From IMG/VR virus record IMGVR_UViG_3300025138_000019: a stretch of 64,000 bases of DNA; one strand, written 5' to 3'. The position numbers and the translations under genes were made by a program. The notes under the pieces are model-generated. The model searched no databases, was not told the DNA's origin, and saw nothing but the letters and a program-made list of their open reading frames with translations. This DNA comes from an uncultured virus (IMG/VR IMGVR_UViG_3300025138_000019). Lineage: Duplodnaviria > Heunggongvirae > Uroviricota > Caudoviricetes. Shown here piece by piece: positions 17,991 through 27,790 of the stretch (its first letter is position 1; the number at the start of each line of letters is the position of its first letter).

Positions 17991-18551
17991 TTATGAATTC
18001 TGTGAAATTATGTCATAGTAAAGACCTTTACAAACATAATATGAATCAACTATGTCTGATATAGGGTTTCCTATACCTTTTCTATTTGGAGTTATCAGGT
18101 TGAATAAATTGTGTTTTGTTTCCTTGACAAAAGCGTCATGCATCGCTGTCTTATCAGCATTTCCCTTTCCGGTAGCTAGTTTTTTAACCACAGACGGAGC
18201 AATCACATCAATTGGCACAGACTGTTGAAAAAACTTATACTTAAGTAACCCTGTATTCTCTGCTATATTGAAAACCCTACCCTTTGCGGCATATGCATAG
18301 CCCTCAATAGCAACTTGTTCACACCCCTGACACATTTCAACTGCCCACTCTGATATGGTATCATACCTTTCACAATCATGATTGTATGTCTCAAATAATT
18401 TCCCATGAATTCTAGACAAAAATGTTTTTGCTAGGTTCTTTGTATCTGTCAGATAATAAAAAGAACAATTATTGAAAGTAAAACCTTCATCTGAATTAAA
18501 AACACAAATTGCTGGACCATTTAAACTGTAGTCAATACCGGCTATTATCAT
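17991..18551 (-). CDS. RuvC-like Holliday junction resolvase / RNase H-fold nuclease
   Basis: IAGIDYSL...VAIEGY...PSVVKKLATGKGNADK...DIVDSY. Confidence 0.8.
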   Translation of the reverse strand: MIIAGIDYSLNGPAICVFNSDEGFTFNNCSFYYLTDTKNLAKTFLSRIHGKLFETYNHDCERYDTISEWAVEMCQGCEQVAIEGYAYAAKGRVFNIAENTGLLKYKFFQQSVPIDVIAPSVVKKLATGKGNADKTAMHDAFVKETKHNLFNLITPNRKGIGNPISDIVDSYYVCKGLYYDIISQNS

Positions 18552-18574
18552 AATAAGTCTCCGGTACTATTTAT

Positions 18575-18610
18575 GAGAAAACCCCTCACCAATAAAGGTA
18601 AAGGGTTCTC
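18575..18610 (-). terminator. terminator-like hairpin after porin
   Basis: Minus strand GAGAACCCTTTACC-TTTATT-GGTGAGGGGTTTTCTC pairs with G-U; immediately followed by CATAAATA. Confidence 0.6.
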
Positions 18611-18687
18611 TTATTCGCGGGAAAAGGGTGATCCAGCTCTTTTGCACTCCGCGATTTAGTTATCTTATATTTATAAGATATTTTTTT

Positions 18688-19845
18688 TCAGAAACTGACC
18701 TGAATAACACTACGAACGACATACTGTCCGTCGTCGGCACTGGAACGCCAACCTGTGTTATCTGTGTTGAAACCAGAGTCAATACCTTCGAAAGCATATC
18801 CAACAGTGTTGGTCCATACGATATTCTCGTGGATGGTGTAGTTACAACCAATAGTTGCAATATTCAGCTTGTCGCTGACACCACCAAGAGCACCATACTC
18901 ATACTGAACAAAACCCTGAAGGTTGTCCAGACACTGATATGCAAGAGTACCAACGATGGAATAATTATCCCAATCCTCAGTTTCGTTGTTTGCAATCCAT
19001 GCAGCGTTGAAATCGAGCTTACCACTAGTGTATTCGAGATCAACAGTATAACTGCTGTAATCCGTTACATTATTATTGTTGTATGCATAACCAGCACCGA
19101 TGGAAAATCCACCACCGAGTCCGACAGATGCGCGAGCACCAACTGCATAATCATTATCTGCGTCAACACCATTAGTGTCACCAAAACCATTGGTGTAAAA
19201 TGCAGAAAGTTCAACAACATCAGATACAATGAAGTCCGAAAGTTCTACACCCTGACCTCGTCCCTGTCCGTATGTAAGGGCAGAAACGCTATAGTTGTTG
19301 GTGATAAGAGAACGAGGATCAGTGACGAAACCACTATAGAAAGCAGGAACGAACTGACCAACTCGAACATTGGTAACACCAAACGCTCTAAAATCAACAC
19401 GAGCGTCGAGAAGATCAAACGTGGAAGTTACATCACTCCACTGTCCACTCAGGAGGTAACTTGCATCCTTACCAAAGTCACCAGATAGAATTAGACGAGC
19501 ACGATCAACTGAGAATCCATACTCAGCATCGAGATCTGCACCGCCATTGTAGCTGTATCCTGTCTGGATAAATCCACCCAGATCCAACGAAAAGCCTTCA
19601 GTCGAAGGACTAAGACTAATTCGAGTGGAAGCATCCGAACGAACTGCTTCACCCATCTCCATACGATCCATTCGCTGCTGCATCATATCGGGTGTGATCA
19701 TACCTTGATCAACCATACGATTCATTCGCTGCTGCATCATCTCGGGGGTGACATTGTTGTCACCCATCATGTCTGAATCATCTGCACTTGCAACTCCGCA
19801 AGTGCATAGGGCGAGACATGTCGCGCCAATTTTAATAATACTCAT
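18688..19845 (-). CDS. outer-membrane beta-barrel porin (OprO/OprP-like)
   Basis: AGGAG RBS before ATG 19845; signal peptide ending VASA; GFIQTGYSY...FSVDRARL...LLDARV...VGQF strands; C-terminal Phe (IQVSF). Confidence 0.85.
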   Translation of the reverse strand: MSIIKIGATCLALCTCGVASADDSDMMGDNNVTPEMMQQRMNRMVDQGMITPDMMQQRMDRMEMGEAVRSDASTRISLSPSTEGFSLDLGGFIQTGYSYNGGADLDAEYGFSVDRARLILSGDFGKDASYLLSGQWSDVTSTFDLLDARVDFRAFGVTNVRVGQFVPAFYSGFVTDPRSLITNNYSVSALTYGQGRGQGVELSDFIVSDVVELSAFYTNGFGDTNGVDADNDYAVGARASVGLGGGFSIGAGYAYNNNNVTDYSSYTVDLEYTSGKLDFNAAWIANNETEDWDNYSIVGTLAYQCLDNLQGFVQYEYGALGGVSDKLNIATIGCNYTIHENIVWTNTVGYAFEGIDSGFNTDNTGWRSSADDGQYVVRSVIQVSF

Positions 19846-19868
19846 AAGTATTCTCCTGTTATGGTTTA

Positions 19869-20069
19869 TCAACCGCCAATGTTCCAAGCAGTGACTGCGG
19901 TCCAGACAGCCGAAATGGCATCTCGGAACCAAAGAACTCCGTCCCACGCGAAGGGAACAAGAGCAAGACTAACCAGAGTTGATCGGGTTACTCCAAATTT
20001 TCCAAAAAACTTACCTACTACATCATTACCACAACCCGAAACCGGGCAATCTTTAGTGTTTGCACTCAT
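19869..20069 (-). CDS. small membrane-associated protein
   Basis: AAGGAG RBS; CPVSGC, then a hydrophobic/amphipathic C-half; first gene after the sigma70 promoter. Confidence 0.7.
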   Translation of the reverse strand: MSANTKDCPVSGCGNDVVGKFFGKFGVTRSTLVSLALVPFAWDGVLWFRDAISAVWTAVTAWNIGG

Positions 20070-20129
20070 AGCATTTCTCCTTTTGTTAGAGGTACATGAT
20101 CCACAAATGTGGATTCACTAATTAGTTCT

Positions 20130-20158
20130 ATTATACTTTAAATTTAGTTGTTTGTCAA
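20130..20158 (-). promoter_or_regulatory. consensus sigma70 promoter for small membrane protein plus porin
   Basis: TTGACA (20158-20153)-N17-TATAAT (20135-20130). Confidence 0.85.
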
Positions 20159-22102
20159 GTCTACTAATTCACAGGAATTGCCTGAACAGGCAAAAGACTG
20201 ACTCCCTGCTGTATTATCTTCTTCTTCATATTTTCCCAATTCACTCCAGTCAACATTATTTGGCATCTTTTTCAAAAGCATCTTATATTCTTCTTCGGAA
20301 CACTCCTGATATGGAGCTTGCTTATATGTATGATCCGAGAAAGGTAAGAAAGACACCCCAGATACTTCATCAAAGTGGTCATATACCCAAGATCCTACCT
20401 GTAACCACTCATCTTCTTTCACTGAAACAGTAACGGAAGGCTTATGCTCACACCAATTCCTTTGATATTCTAACCACAATTCTAGTTGTTCAATAGCAGT
20501 CATATCAGTTCTAAAAACTGCATTCTTTGGTGTTTTTATTGGGAAAGAAAACACCATGGTGTGATCTGGCTTCATTACATCAGGTTCACAGGGGAATCCT
20601 TCCTTCTGCATAAAGACACAAAGAGAATCTTTGGTATCAGCTCTGACAGTTCTGATGTAGTGCTCACTGTGTCTTGCGTGGATCCCTGACGCAGCGTCTA
20701 CAAGCTGCGAGACAGTTCCAGATGGTTTGACACAGGTAATTGCAACTGATTCATTAATACCAATGCTTTTTGCACTAGACTTGTTCTGTTTAATTGCACA
20801 AGTCTTAAGATCTTTTAGTAGATCATCTAGTCCCTTTGTCTTTCCATTTGTTAGCTTACAGTCCATGATACCAGTCATAGACACACCAAGAAGACGTTCA
20901 TCTTCACAGTTCTTTTCCCAGTCACTCGAAAGGTATTTGAAGTTTGTGAGAGTGGACTGCCATGTCCCGAGAATAGTTGCAAGTTTAACTTTTCTCTCAA
21001 GAGATTCCTTCGTATCATTTCCTCTGACAACGATTTCCGTAAGATTACAAAACTGCTTATCACGAAGAATAATTTCACTACAAGGATTTGTACCAAAATC
21101 GTAATTGAGATCTCTATGTCTATATGAATCACCCAATGAACTTCTGAATTCGTTTGATTTATCAGTCTGTTTCTTTGCAGCGTCTCGGTTGAAGATACCA
21201 CGCTCACCAGACTTACTCTTGTATAGTGAAACCCACTCTTCCATGAATGTACCAATTTCTGGTTTCTCTTTGTATGCTACCGAGTTATTCGATAATGCTC
21301 TTTGCGAGTCGGAAATCCACCACTGTCCGTGCTTCGCATCACGCATCCGCTCATCGGTAAGTGAAGACAATGAGATAAGCGCACTTCTTCGTACTCCCCC
21401 CACCACGACAATTTCAGCAATCTTGCAGATGATATCGTGACATTCGATGGATGTGAGTTTTCTTCCAGAAGCTCTCTTATAGGTTTCCACTGTGAATTTG
21501 AATAAATCGTCCAGTGGTTGCGGACCCGAAGCTCTACCACCGAAAGTCTTGAGTCTTTCTCCGGCAGGTCGAACCTTTGATACGTCCCATTTCGGAACCT
21601 GACCTCCAATAAGAAGCGAGGTGAGTTCTTTGTATGCTTTCGCCCAACCCATCTTACTATCTTGAACAACAATGGTCGTGTCACTGTCCTCAAACTCCTC
21701 TGCAATTGTTGGTAGCTTCTTTAGGAAATCACGTTCAACACTAAACCCAACCCCTGTGCCACACATGAGCACATATAAAATTTCATCAAAGGATCGAACT
21801 CTACCTGAACTAACATAAGCACAATTGTATCCAGCTACATTGTCACGCTTCAATGCTTCGCCTGCCGTCATCAATGCTCGCATTGAAGGCATAATTTCCA
21901 AATTCAAAACAGCTTCTTCTAATTCTTTTCTTTCCTTAGAAGAAACTTTGTAATTATTATTTTCCTTGAGGTGACTTTCAAAAAAATCAAAGTATCTTTT
22001 TACTGTCTCTTCCCAAGTTTCTCGTCTTCCTTCTTCTGGAAGCCAACGAGAGTATCGGGAAAGGTGAATAAAAGATTGATATAAAGACGGTAATTCAAAC
22101 AT
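20144..22102 (-). CDS. nrdJ: class II (adenosylcobalamin-dependent) ribonucleotide reductase
   Basis: SRYSRW...PSMRAL...YNCAY...GGVRRSA...TNPCSEI...TCVKPSGTVSQL; C-terminal CSGNSC; no beta-subunit gene nearby. Confidence 0.93.
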   Translation of the reverse strand: MFELPSLYQSFIHLSRYSRWLPEEGRRETWEETVKRYFDFFESHLKENNNYKVSSKERKELEEAVLNLEIMPSMRALMTAGEALKRDNVAGYNCAYVSSGRVRSFDEILYVLMCGTGVGFSVERDFLKKLPTIAEEFEDSDTTIVVQDSKMGWAKAYKELTSLLIGGQVPKWDVSKVRPAGERLKTFGGRASGPQPLDDLFKFTVETYKRASGRKLTSIECHDIICKIAEIVVVGGVRRSALISLSSLTDERMRDAKHGQWWISDSQRALSNNSVAYKEKPEIGTFMEEWVSLYKSKSGERGIFNRDAAKKQTDKSNEFRSSLGDSYRHRDLNYDFGTNPCSEIILRDKQFCNLTEIVVRGNDTKESLERKVKLATILGTWQSTLTNFKYLSSDWEKNCEDERLLGVSMTGIMDCKLTNGKTKGLDDLLKDLKTCAIKQNKSSAKSIGINESVAITCVKPSGTVSQLVDAASGIHARHSEHYIRTVRADTKDSLCVFMQKEGFPCEPDVMKPDHTMVFSFPIKTPKNAVFRTDMTAIEQLELWLEYQRNWCEHKPSVTVSVKEDEWLQVGSWVYDHFDEVSGVSFLPFSDHTYKQAPYQECSEEEYKMLLKKMPNNVDWSELGKYEEEDNTAGSQSFACSGNSCELVDLTNN

Positions 22103-22131
22103 TCATAACTCCAAAGCACATTTATTGTAGT

Positions 22132-22159
22132 ATTATATAGCATCGATTAGGTAAGTCAA
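22132..22159 (-). promoter_or_regulatory. sigma70-type promoter of nrdJ
   Basis: TTGACT-N16-TATAAT. Confidence 0.65.
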
Positions 22160-22165
22160 GTAAAA

Positions 22166-24298
22166 TCAACCAGAAAGAGTTAGTCCTTGCGTCTCAAGAT
22201 CACGCTTGAACAAGTAATTAGATGCAGTTCCATCATAGTAATTCGGTAGATAGAAAGGCCAAGTTTCGGCTGAGTGTCCCCTTCGCATGTCGTTCAAACT
22301 TCTGCCAAGAATATCCCCACCGGGCGGGGTTCCAGCCAAACCTGATTCGAATGTAAGGCCTCTGTATATTGCTTTGTGTGCGACAGTGGATGCAATCATG
22401 TTTGTTACACCAAGTGGATGAGAAAATTCAGATCCGATGTGTTTCTCAAGTTCTGCTCTCTGTGATGGCAACAAAGGAACATCACGGAGCAAAGAAGAGC
22501 TAGGAGAGAAGAGATCCGAAGCAAACCCATATACACTCTCTGTTAGGTTTTGTGGGAAATGTCCAAACTGTGTCAATCCTGCATTTGCAACGTCAAAAGC
22601 CAAGGTGCTCTGTCTGTTAATATTAGATAAGTAATTTTCAGTTTTTTCAGTATTTGATATCCGTTTAGTTCCATCAGTTCCTTGAGAAGCATGAAGCTCA
22701 AATTCAGGGTATCTGTACTCGTTAGAGAAAGACACACCGGCGTTATCTGGTAGTGTTTCGCTAAACTCATAAGTAGCACCCAGAGCTAAAACTGAAACAC
22801 CATAGAAAAATTCATAATCATTAGTATAACCAGCGTTTTTACCAAAAGAGAAATTGTCTTTATTTAGATCAAACCTTCTCTTTTGTGTGAAAGCTTTGTA
22901 ATCCATACCGAGTATGTTGGGATCAGTTGAGGAGTTATTATAATATCCACCCCAACCTTGTGGATCGAATTGATCACCAAATACACCCTTGTGTACACCG
23001 AAGGATGCGGTTGCAGCAGTGAGGGGGTCACCATAAGTGGGTCCGCCAGTTGCTCCATGGAGGAAAGCTACCCAATACCATCCTCTATCCAAATCTATTT
23101 CTGGTGTTGGCCAAGAAACTCTATGGTTTAATCTACCCTGAGTGGGATGCGGTATTCTCTGTGCTTGTCGATAAGTTGAATATGAGGAGCCGAGTAGGTT
23201 CAAGATTCTAGTTTTTTCTCCAGTCAAACCTTGAAGCCATAAAAACTCTGCCTCTGGTGCCTCTAATCCATGCTTGACTGGATACAAAGTGTCAGTTGCA
23301 CAAAGATCTGAAATTTTTGTAGTGGGTCTGACATTTTCATAATCCATATTGTAGATAGCAGAGCTAAATCTAAGTTCTTTAGTCTTACTGTATGGTGGCT
23401 CGTTAACAAAAGCTGGATGATCGGCTCTTACATATCCCCCAGTGGCGTCTACAGAAGCCCAAGATTCTCTTGTGCAAATACACCACGGACACCCGCTAGT
23501 TGGTCCCGGATGTCTGGTTCCTGCAAGTACCTCATTACATCTTTCGAGTGCGGATGTGGAAAGAACCACATTTCCACTAGCGCCAGCAACATAGATACCC
23601 GGATATCTAAATTGCCACCCAAGGTGTATTAGACCTTGTGGGTAATTAAATACCAGATCAGATATTCTTGTTCTTTGTTCTATGAAAAGAGGTACATAAA
23701 TTATTTTGTTGTATGGAGGATGATATAATACCTCATAAAAACTCTTCCACACTTCGTTTGTGTTCCCGTTCTGACCATTACAGGCCCACGGACTTGCATT
23801 GCTACCATTTATCCTAAAATTGGTATGGACCGTGGGATCCACTCCACAAAAAGTAAGACCTATCTCAGGATTCTCTGAAAAATATGGTTGATAAGATGAT
23901 GGACTTGTCGTCATCTTAAGCCAAAAATACAAACCAACACTGTCATCCATACCACCCAAATAATGTCCGGGTCCTATAGGAAAAGCCCCGCTGCGGCCAC
24001 CCGAGTCTTTACCTGCCATCATTTCTTTTGGTCTGTGTGTAAAGGAGACTCCCTGAATATTGATACTTTCAACTTCTATTGGTGTATCAAGACTAAGTTC
24101 TCCTACTGTTCCAACACTCAAACCAGATACTTCATTACCGTATAAATCAGATTTATATAAAATATTATTTACTGATTCTCCACGAAAAACTTCTCCGCCA
24201 GTTCCACCAGTAATCGTTATGCTTTGTGTGAACTCTTTTTTGAAGACTTCGGTATTCGGGAAAACAGTTACAGTTTTATTTACATTTTTCCTAATCAT
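22166..24298 (-). CDS. putative virion structural protein
   Basis: 710 aa, Gly/Thr-rich, in an operon behind a TAAATA late promoter; shares a segment with 26374-27348. Confidence 0.7.
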   Translation of the reverse strand: MIRKNVNKTVTVFPNTEVFKKEFTQSITITGGTGGEVFRGESVNNILYKSDLYGNEVSGLSVGTVGELSLDTPIEVESINIQGVSFTHRPKEMMAGKDSGGRSGAFPIGPGHYLGGMDDSVGLYFWLKMTTSPSSYQPYFSENPEIGLTFCGVDPTVHTNFRINGSNASPWACNGQNGNTNEVWKSFYEVLYHPPYNKIIYVPLFIEQRTRISDLVFNYPQGLIHLGWQFRYPGIYVAGASGNVVLSTSALERCNEVLAGTRHPGPTSGCPWCICTRESWASVDATGGYVRADHPAFVNEPPYSKTKELRFSSAIYNMDYENVRPTTKISDLCATDTLYPVKHGLEAPEAEFLWLQGLTGEKTRILNLLGSSYSTYRQAQRIPHPTQGRLNHRVSWPTPEIDLDRGWYWVAFLHGATGGPTYGDPLTAATASFGVHKGVFGDQFDPQGWGGYYNNSSTDPNILGMDYKAFTQKRRFDLNKDNFSFGKNAGYTNDYEFFYGVSVLALGATYEFSETLPDNAGVSFSNEYRYPEFELHASQGTDGTKRISNTEKTENYLSNINRQSTLAFDVANAGLTQFGHFPQNLTESVYGFASDLFSPSSSLLRDVPLLPSQRAELEKHIGSEFSHPLGVTNMIASTVAHKAIYRGLTFESGLAGTPPGGDILGRSLNDMRRGHSAETWPFYLPNYYDGTASNYLFKRDLETQGLTLSG

Positions 24299-26370
24299 GT
24301 TTCATCCTCATTGTCGTATCGAACAAGAAATACTGGAGTTGCCTCTTGAATTGCTCCACCCAGATCCTCAGAAATCCAAGGGAACCCATTACTAAAGGAA
24401 TTTCCATAGCCTGATCGATCAGGTAAACGAGCACCATGACTAGCTCTATGGTGCTGTGTACTAAGAACATCATAAGGTCCAATGGCTGTCAATCCCTCGC
24501 CGCCCAATCCTTCTGCTAGAAGAGTTCCATCTCTATATCTTTTCTCTGTGTCTAAGTCAGCGGTATAACCTTTACTATAGTCAACCATTTTAGTCATTTC
24601 ATAGTGCCATGAATACATGGTGGGGGCATTTTCGTTATTGAATGATGCCATAACTCCGGGAAAAGTGGTAACAACAAACCGTGTGTTACCAAAAAGTTTA
24701 TTTTGACTTCCTGAGAAAGCTCTTTTATCTGCAACTCCACCAAAAAGAAGCTCATCGGTATTCGTAAAGGAATGAGCCGGTAAATAAAGCATAGAGAATG
24801 CAGGACATTTTTGACCATCCACATCAACAAAGTAAGCGTGTGATTGAAAATCAAACCAGGTCCACAAATAACCACCATTTTTGCAGTAATTTTTAACATC
24901 TCTGTTTGTAAACATACTAGCTACAGTGGGCAGAATATTATTAATACTAGATTGGAAATCATTAGAACCTGATATTCCGAGAGATTCACCTCCGAATGCC
25001 ATTCCATTAATATCATTAAAATCAAAATCTTTTGGTATAGACCCATGTCCGATAGAACTTCTTAAAGTCCCCTGCATCAGTCCGGTATAATTTTGTCCCA
25101 CTAGGAATCCATCTGCTGATGTACCACTGACTCCTGATGGAATTAAACCACCAGGTCCAGTTGATGGACCAGTGAACCCAACACCACCCGTAGTAGAATG
25201 AAACCCATACACACTAAAACCAGTTTCGTAAGGTTGGTGATCTGTCCAAGCATCAGATACAAGGTACTGTTGATCACCAAGATGATCATCATCAAACGGA
25301 GATGATTCCATACCTTGCATCATCAACGAATCTTTATAATCTCCCGGACCATAAGTATTTCTTTTGCCTGGTTTTGTGGTTACAGAGGTTTTAGATTGTA
25401 TGGGCAGTGCTGCATTAAACGAAGATCCAGAAAAGCCGGCAAACAGAGAACCACCAGAGTAACCTTCGCCAGTTCTGCCTGCGGTTCCACCAGAACCTCC
25501 ACTAGCAGCGAATCCAAACGAACCCTCTCCAGTTCCAGAATAGTTAAAGGATGTGGGCTGGGACGGCAGTCCCTGAATTGGTTCTGTTATAGTAAATCGT
25601 TGCGTTTGTAATGGTGCGGCTGGAGAAAATCCTCCAGTAATATTACTGTTGCAACCTAAAGCAAGTTCTGCTGTTCCCCCAAAGAAAATTGTTGGCACCC
25701 CACTGGGCAGAAAAATAAGACTCAAAACCGAAATGTAGTTCAGTCCGATTCTTGTTGGATAATTTGTCTGTGTAAAACTTCTGCTCTTGCCAGGAAAATA
25801 TCCAGCATTCCACCATCTACCAAACCCACTTGGTATAGAATCTGGAAGAGGACTGAAGCTAGAGATGGCACTCTGCAAAATAAATGCGCTTGTCTGACAT
25901 CCAATACCTCTATAAGTATTCAGATGCTGAAATTTTCCAGGTCTTAACTGGATGGGTTGTCCACAGTCATGATTTCCATATGGATTTACTGGACTAGTTG
26001 CTTCACTATAATCATTGCTATTGTCTGAGCGATATCTAGTCGGGAGAGAAAATGTATGCCCACCGATGTACGCACTCGCACCCGCTTCTCCTGTTATCTC
26101 CAAAGAATAACCTTCAAAAATAAGGGAATTGGTGGACTCATTGTATCTGACTTCATTTAATGCTGTAATCCCAGTACCGCCGGATGCACTCATAAGAATA
26201 GAACCAGCTTGAGAAAATTTAGCAAAACTTGAACCTAGTATTGGATTGCCAGACGGTGCTCCAGATATACTTGCACCAGTAAAACCAATAAAAGAATTAA
26301 AGACAGGAGTGATTCCGCCAAGAATTATAGTTTTTTTATCAGTATCAAAAGTTAGCTTATTGATTGCCAT
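24295..26370 (-). CDS. putative virion structural protein
   Basis: 691 aa, Gly/Ser/Thr-rich, translationally coupled to the next gene. Confidence 0.7.
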   Translation of the reverse strand: MAINKLTFDTDKKTIILGGITPVFNSFIGFTGASISGAPSGNPILGSSFAKFSQAGSILMSASGGTGITALNEVRYNESTNSLIFEGYSLEITGEAGASAYIGGHTFSLPTRYRSDNSNDYSEATSPVNPYGNHDCGQPIQLRPGKFQHLNTYRGIGCQTSAFILQSAISSFSPLPDSIPSGFGRWWNAGYFPGKSRSFTQTNYPTRIGLNYISVLSLIFLPSGVPTIFFGGTAELALGCNSNITGGFSPAAPLQTQRFTITEPIQGLPSQPTSFNYSGTGEGSFGFAASGGSGGTAGRTGEGYSGGSLFAGFSGSSFNAALPIQSKTSVTTKPGKRNTYGPGDYKDSLMMQGMESSPFDDDHLGDQQYLVSDAWTDHQPYETGFSVYGFHSTTGGVGFTGPSTGPGGLIPSGVSGTSADGFLVGQNYTGLMQGTLRSSIGHGSIPKDFDFNDINGMAFGGESLGISGSNDFQSSINNILPTVASMFTNRDVKNYCKNGGYLWTWFDFQSHAYFVDVDGQKCPAFSMLYLPAHSFTNTDELLFGGVADKRAFSGSQNKLFGNTRFVVTTFPGVMASFNNENAPTMYSWHYEMTKMVDYSKGYTADLDTEKRYRDGTLLAEGLGGEGLTAIGPYDVLSTQHHRASHGARLPDRSGYGNSFSNGFPWISEDLGGAIQEATPVFLVRYDNEDET

Positions 26371-26373
26371 TGC

Positions 26374-27348
26374 TCAAGTCTCCGCTATCGCACTGAAACT
26401 GGTTGGTTTGATGTAAATTAATGGTGCTGCTGCCGTGTCAGTTCCACTAAGTTCGGTAACACTACCCGTAATTCCTCTGTCATCACTAATAAAGAATGGG
26501 AATGAAGCTGGATAACACCCTGTCAAACAAACACAAGCCTTTGGTAAAAAATCTATGGATTCATTTTGTCCCAGAATTGGTTTGACATGTCTGGAGTCCA
26601 TCATTTTAAAATTGACTTTACCTAGACTTTGAGGAACGTCTTGATTTACTTCCACACCTATCCAATAAACACCTGGCTTGAATGCTATCTTGTTCTGTAG
26701 AACATCAACGGGTCTACCGAAATCACCAGCGGTGGCACCAAAAGTAATACCATTGAGAGCTTGTGCAATTCTTTTAGCAGGAAGAAAATGTTTATCATTG
26801 TTTGAGTATAATGCCATTCTCACCTGGCAAGAGGCAGTTAATCCATTTCCTCTGTGAGTTCTAAGTCCATAGTTTTGATAATTTTCTGCTATAACACCAG
26901 CAGAAAATGTCATCGCCCTTTTTATTTCAAATGGAAGATAATAAGCTCTATCTGTTCTTGCAGTAAGCTCGGGTGCTGGAGGTTCTCCGGCCGGTGTTAT
27001 GAAAGGGTGTGGTGGGATCCAAGAAAAACACTTATTAAAGTCAATAAGATTCATTGGAAAATAATAGTGATTGAGACGATAATTTATAAAACCACTAGAC
27101 AGACTAAAGTTTTCTAAAGTTTGTCCTGACTGTGATAATTTTATATCCGCATTTTTCGCAAAAATAACTTTATCATGCACTATGACTTTTTTATTGACAT
27201 AATCAATCGTTATACCTGAAGGCAAAATTTTATAGTCACTACTAGAGTAACTAGATAACAAAGAATCACCTGTGATAAAAGTTCCTTTTATCGGTCCATC
27301 AGGACCAGTGACTCCTCTAACATCTATTCTTCCCGGTATTTTTGACAT
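26374..27348 (-). CDS. putative virion structural protein
   Basis: 324 aa; RAYYLPF...VRMALY...KPGVYWIG beta-sandwich-like segment. Confidence 0.7.
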   Translation of the reverse strand: MSKIPGRIDVRGVTGPDGPIKGTFITGDSLLSSYSSSDYKILPSGITIDYVNKKVIVHDKVIFAKNADIKLSQSGQTLENFSLSSGFINYRLNHYYFPMNLIDFNKCFSWIPPHPFITPAGEPPAPELTARTDRAYYLPFEIKRAMTFSAGVIAENYQNYGLRTHRGNGLTASCQVRMALYSNNDKHFLPAKRIAQALNGITFGATAGDFGRPVDVLQNKIAFKPGVYWIGVEVNQDVPQSLGKVNFKMMDSRHVKPILGQNESIDFLPKACVCLTGCYPASFPFFISDDRGITGSVTELSGTDTAAAPLIYIKPTSFSAIAET

Positions 27349-27770
27349 TAATCAGTTACCGATCTATTTACCTTTATTCTCCCAGAGAATAAGGTTTCCT
27401 TTGTTCCTGTTGGAGACTGAATCCTAAGAGTATAGAAATTTAGTCCTGCTGGGAAATGCTTGGTTGTTTCGTTTGGAACTTTTATTAGAACACCACCAGT
27501 ATAATCGACAAGAGATGGATCTACGTTAAGAACAATACCCCCGGTTGATGCCTGAATACCACCTGAAAAATATTCTCCTGATATTCCAGCCCCAGTAACT
27601 CCACCAGCAGTAGATAACTCTGCAACTTTATTATCAGAGTGGGTGCTTCTGCGGATATCCATATCGGCAGAGTATCCACTAAAATCAAAGTTACTTCCGT
27701 CTATTTGGTATACTAAAAATAGAGATAGATCATCTCCTCTAAACATTTCTATGTCGTAATTAGACGCCAT
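27348..27770 (-). CDS. BppU/baseplate-type beta-sandwich virion protein
   Basis: YDIEMFRGDD...FDFSGYSADMDIR...YTLRI...LFSGRIKV; TAAATA at 27792-27797. Confidence 0.7.
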   Translation of the reverse strand: MASNYDIEMFRGDDLSLFLVYQIDGSNFDFSGYSADMDIRRSTHSDNKVAELSTAGGVTGAGISGEYFSGGIQASTGGIVLNVDPSLVDYTGGVLIKVPNETTKHFPAGLNFYTLRIQSPTGTKETLFSGRIKVNRSVTD

Positions 27771-27790
27771 TTGTTGCTCCAGCTTCTGTA

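Noticed and set aside
18628..19488. 286-aa plus-strand ORF
   Set aside because: Antisense shadow of the porin gene; no RBS and unnatural Ile/Thr/Ser-rich composition
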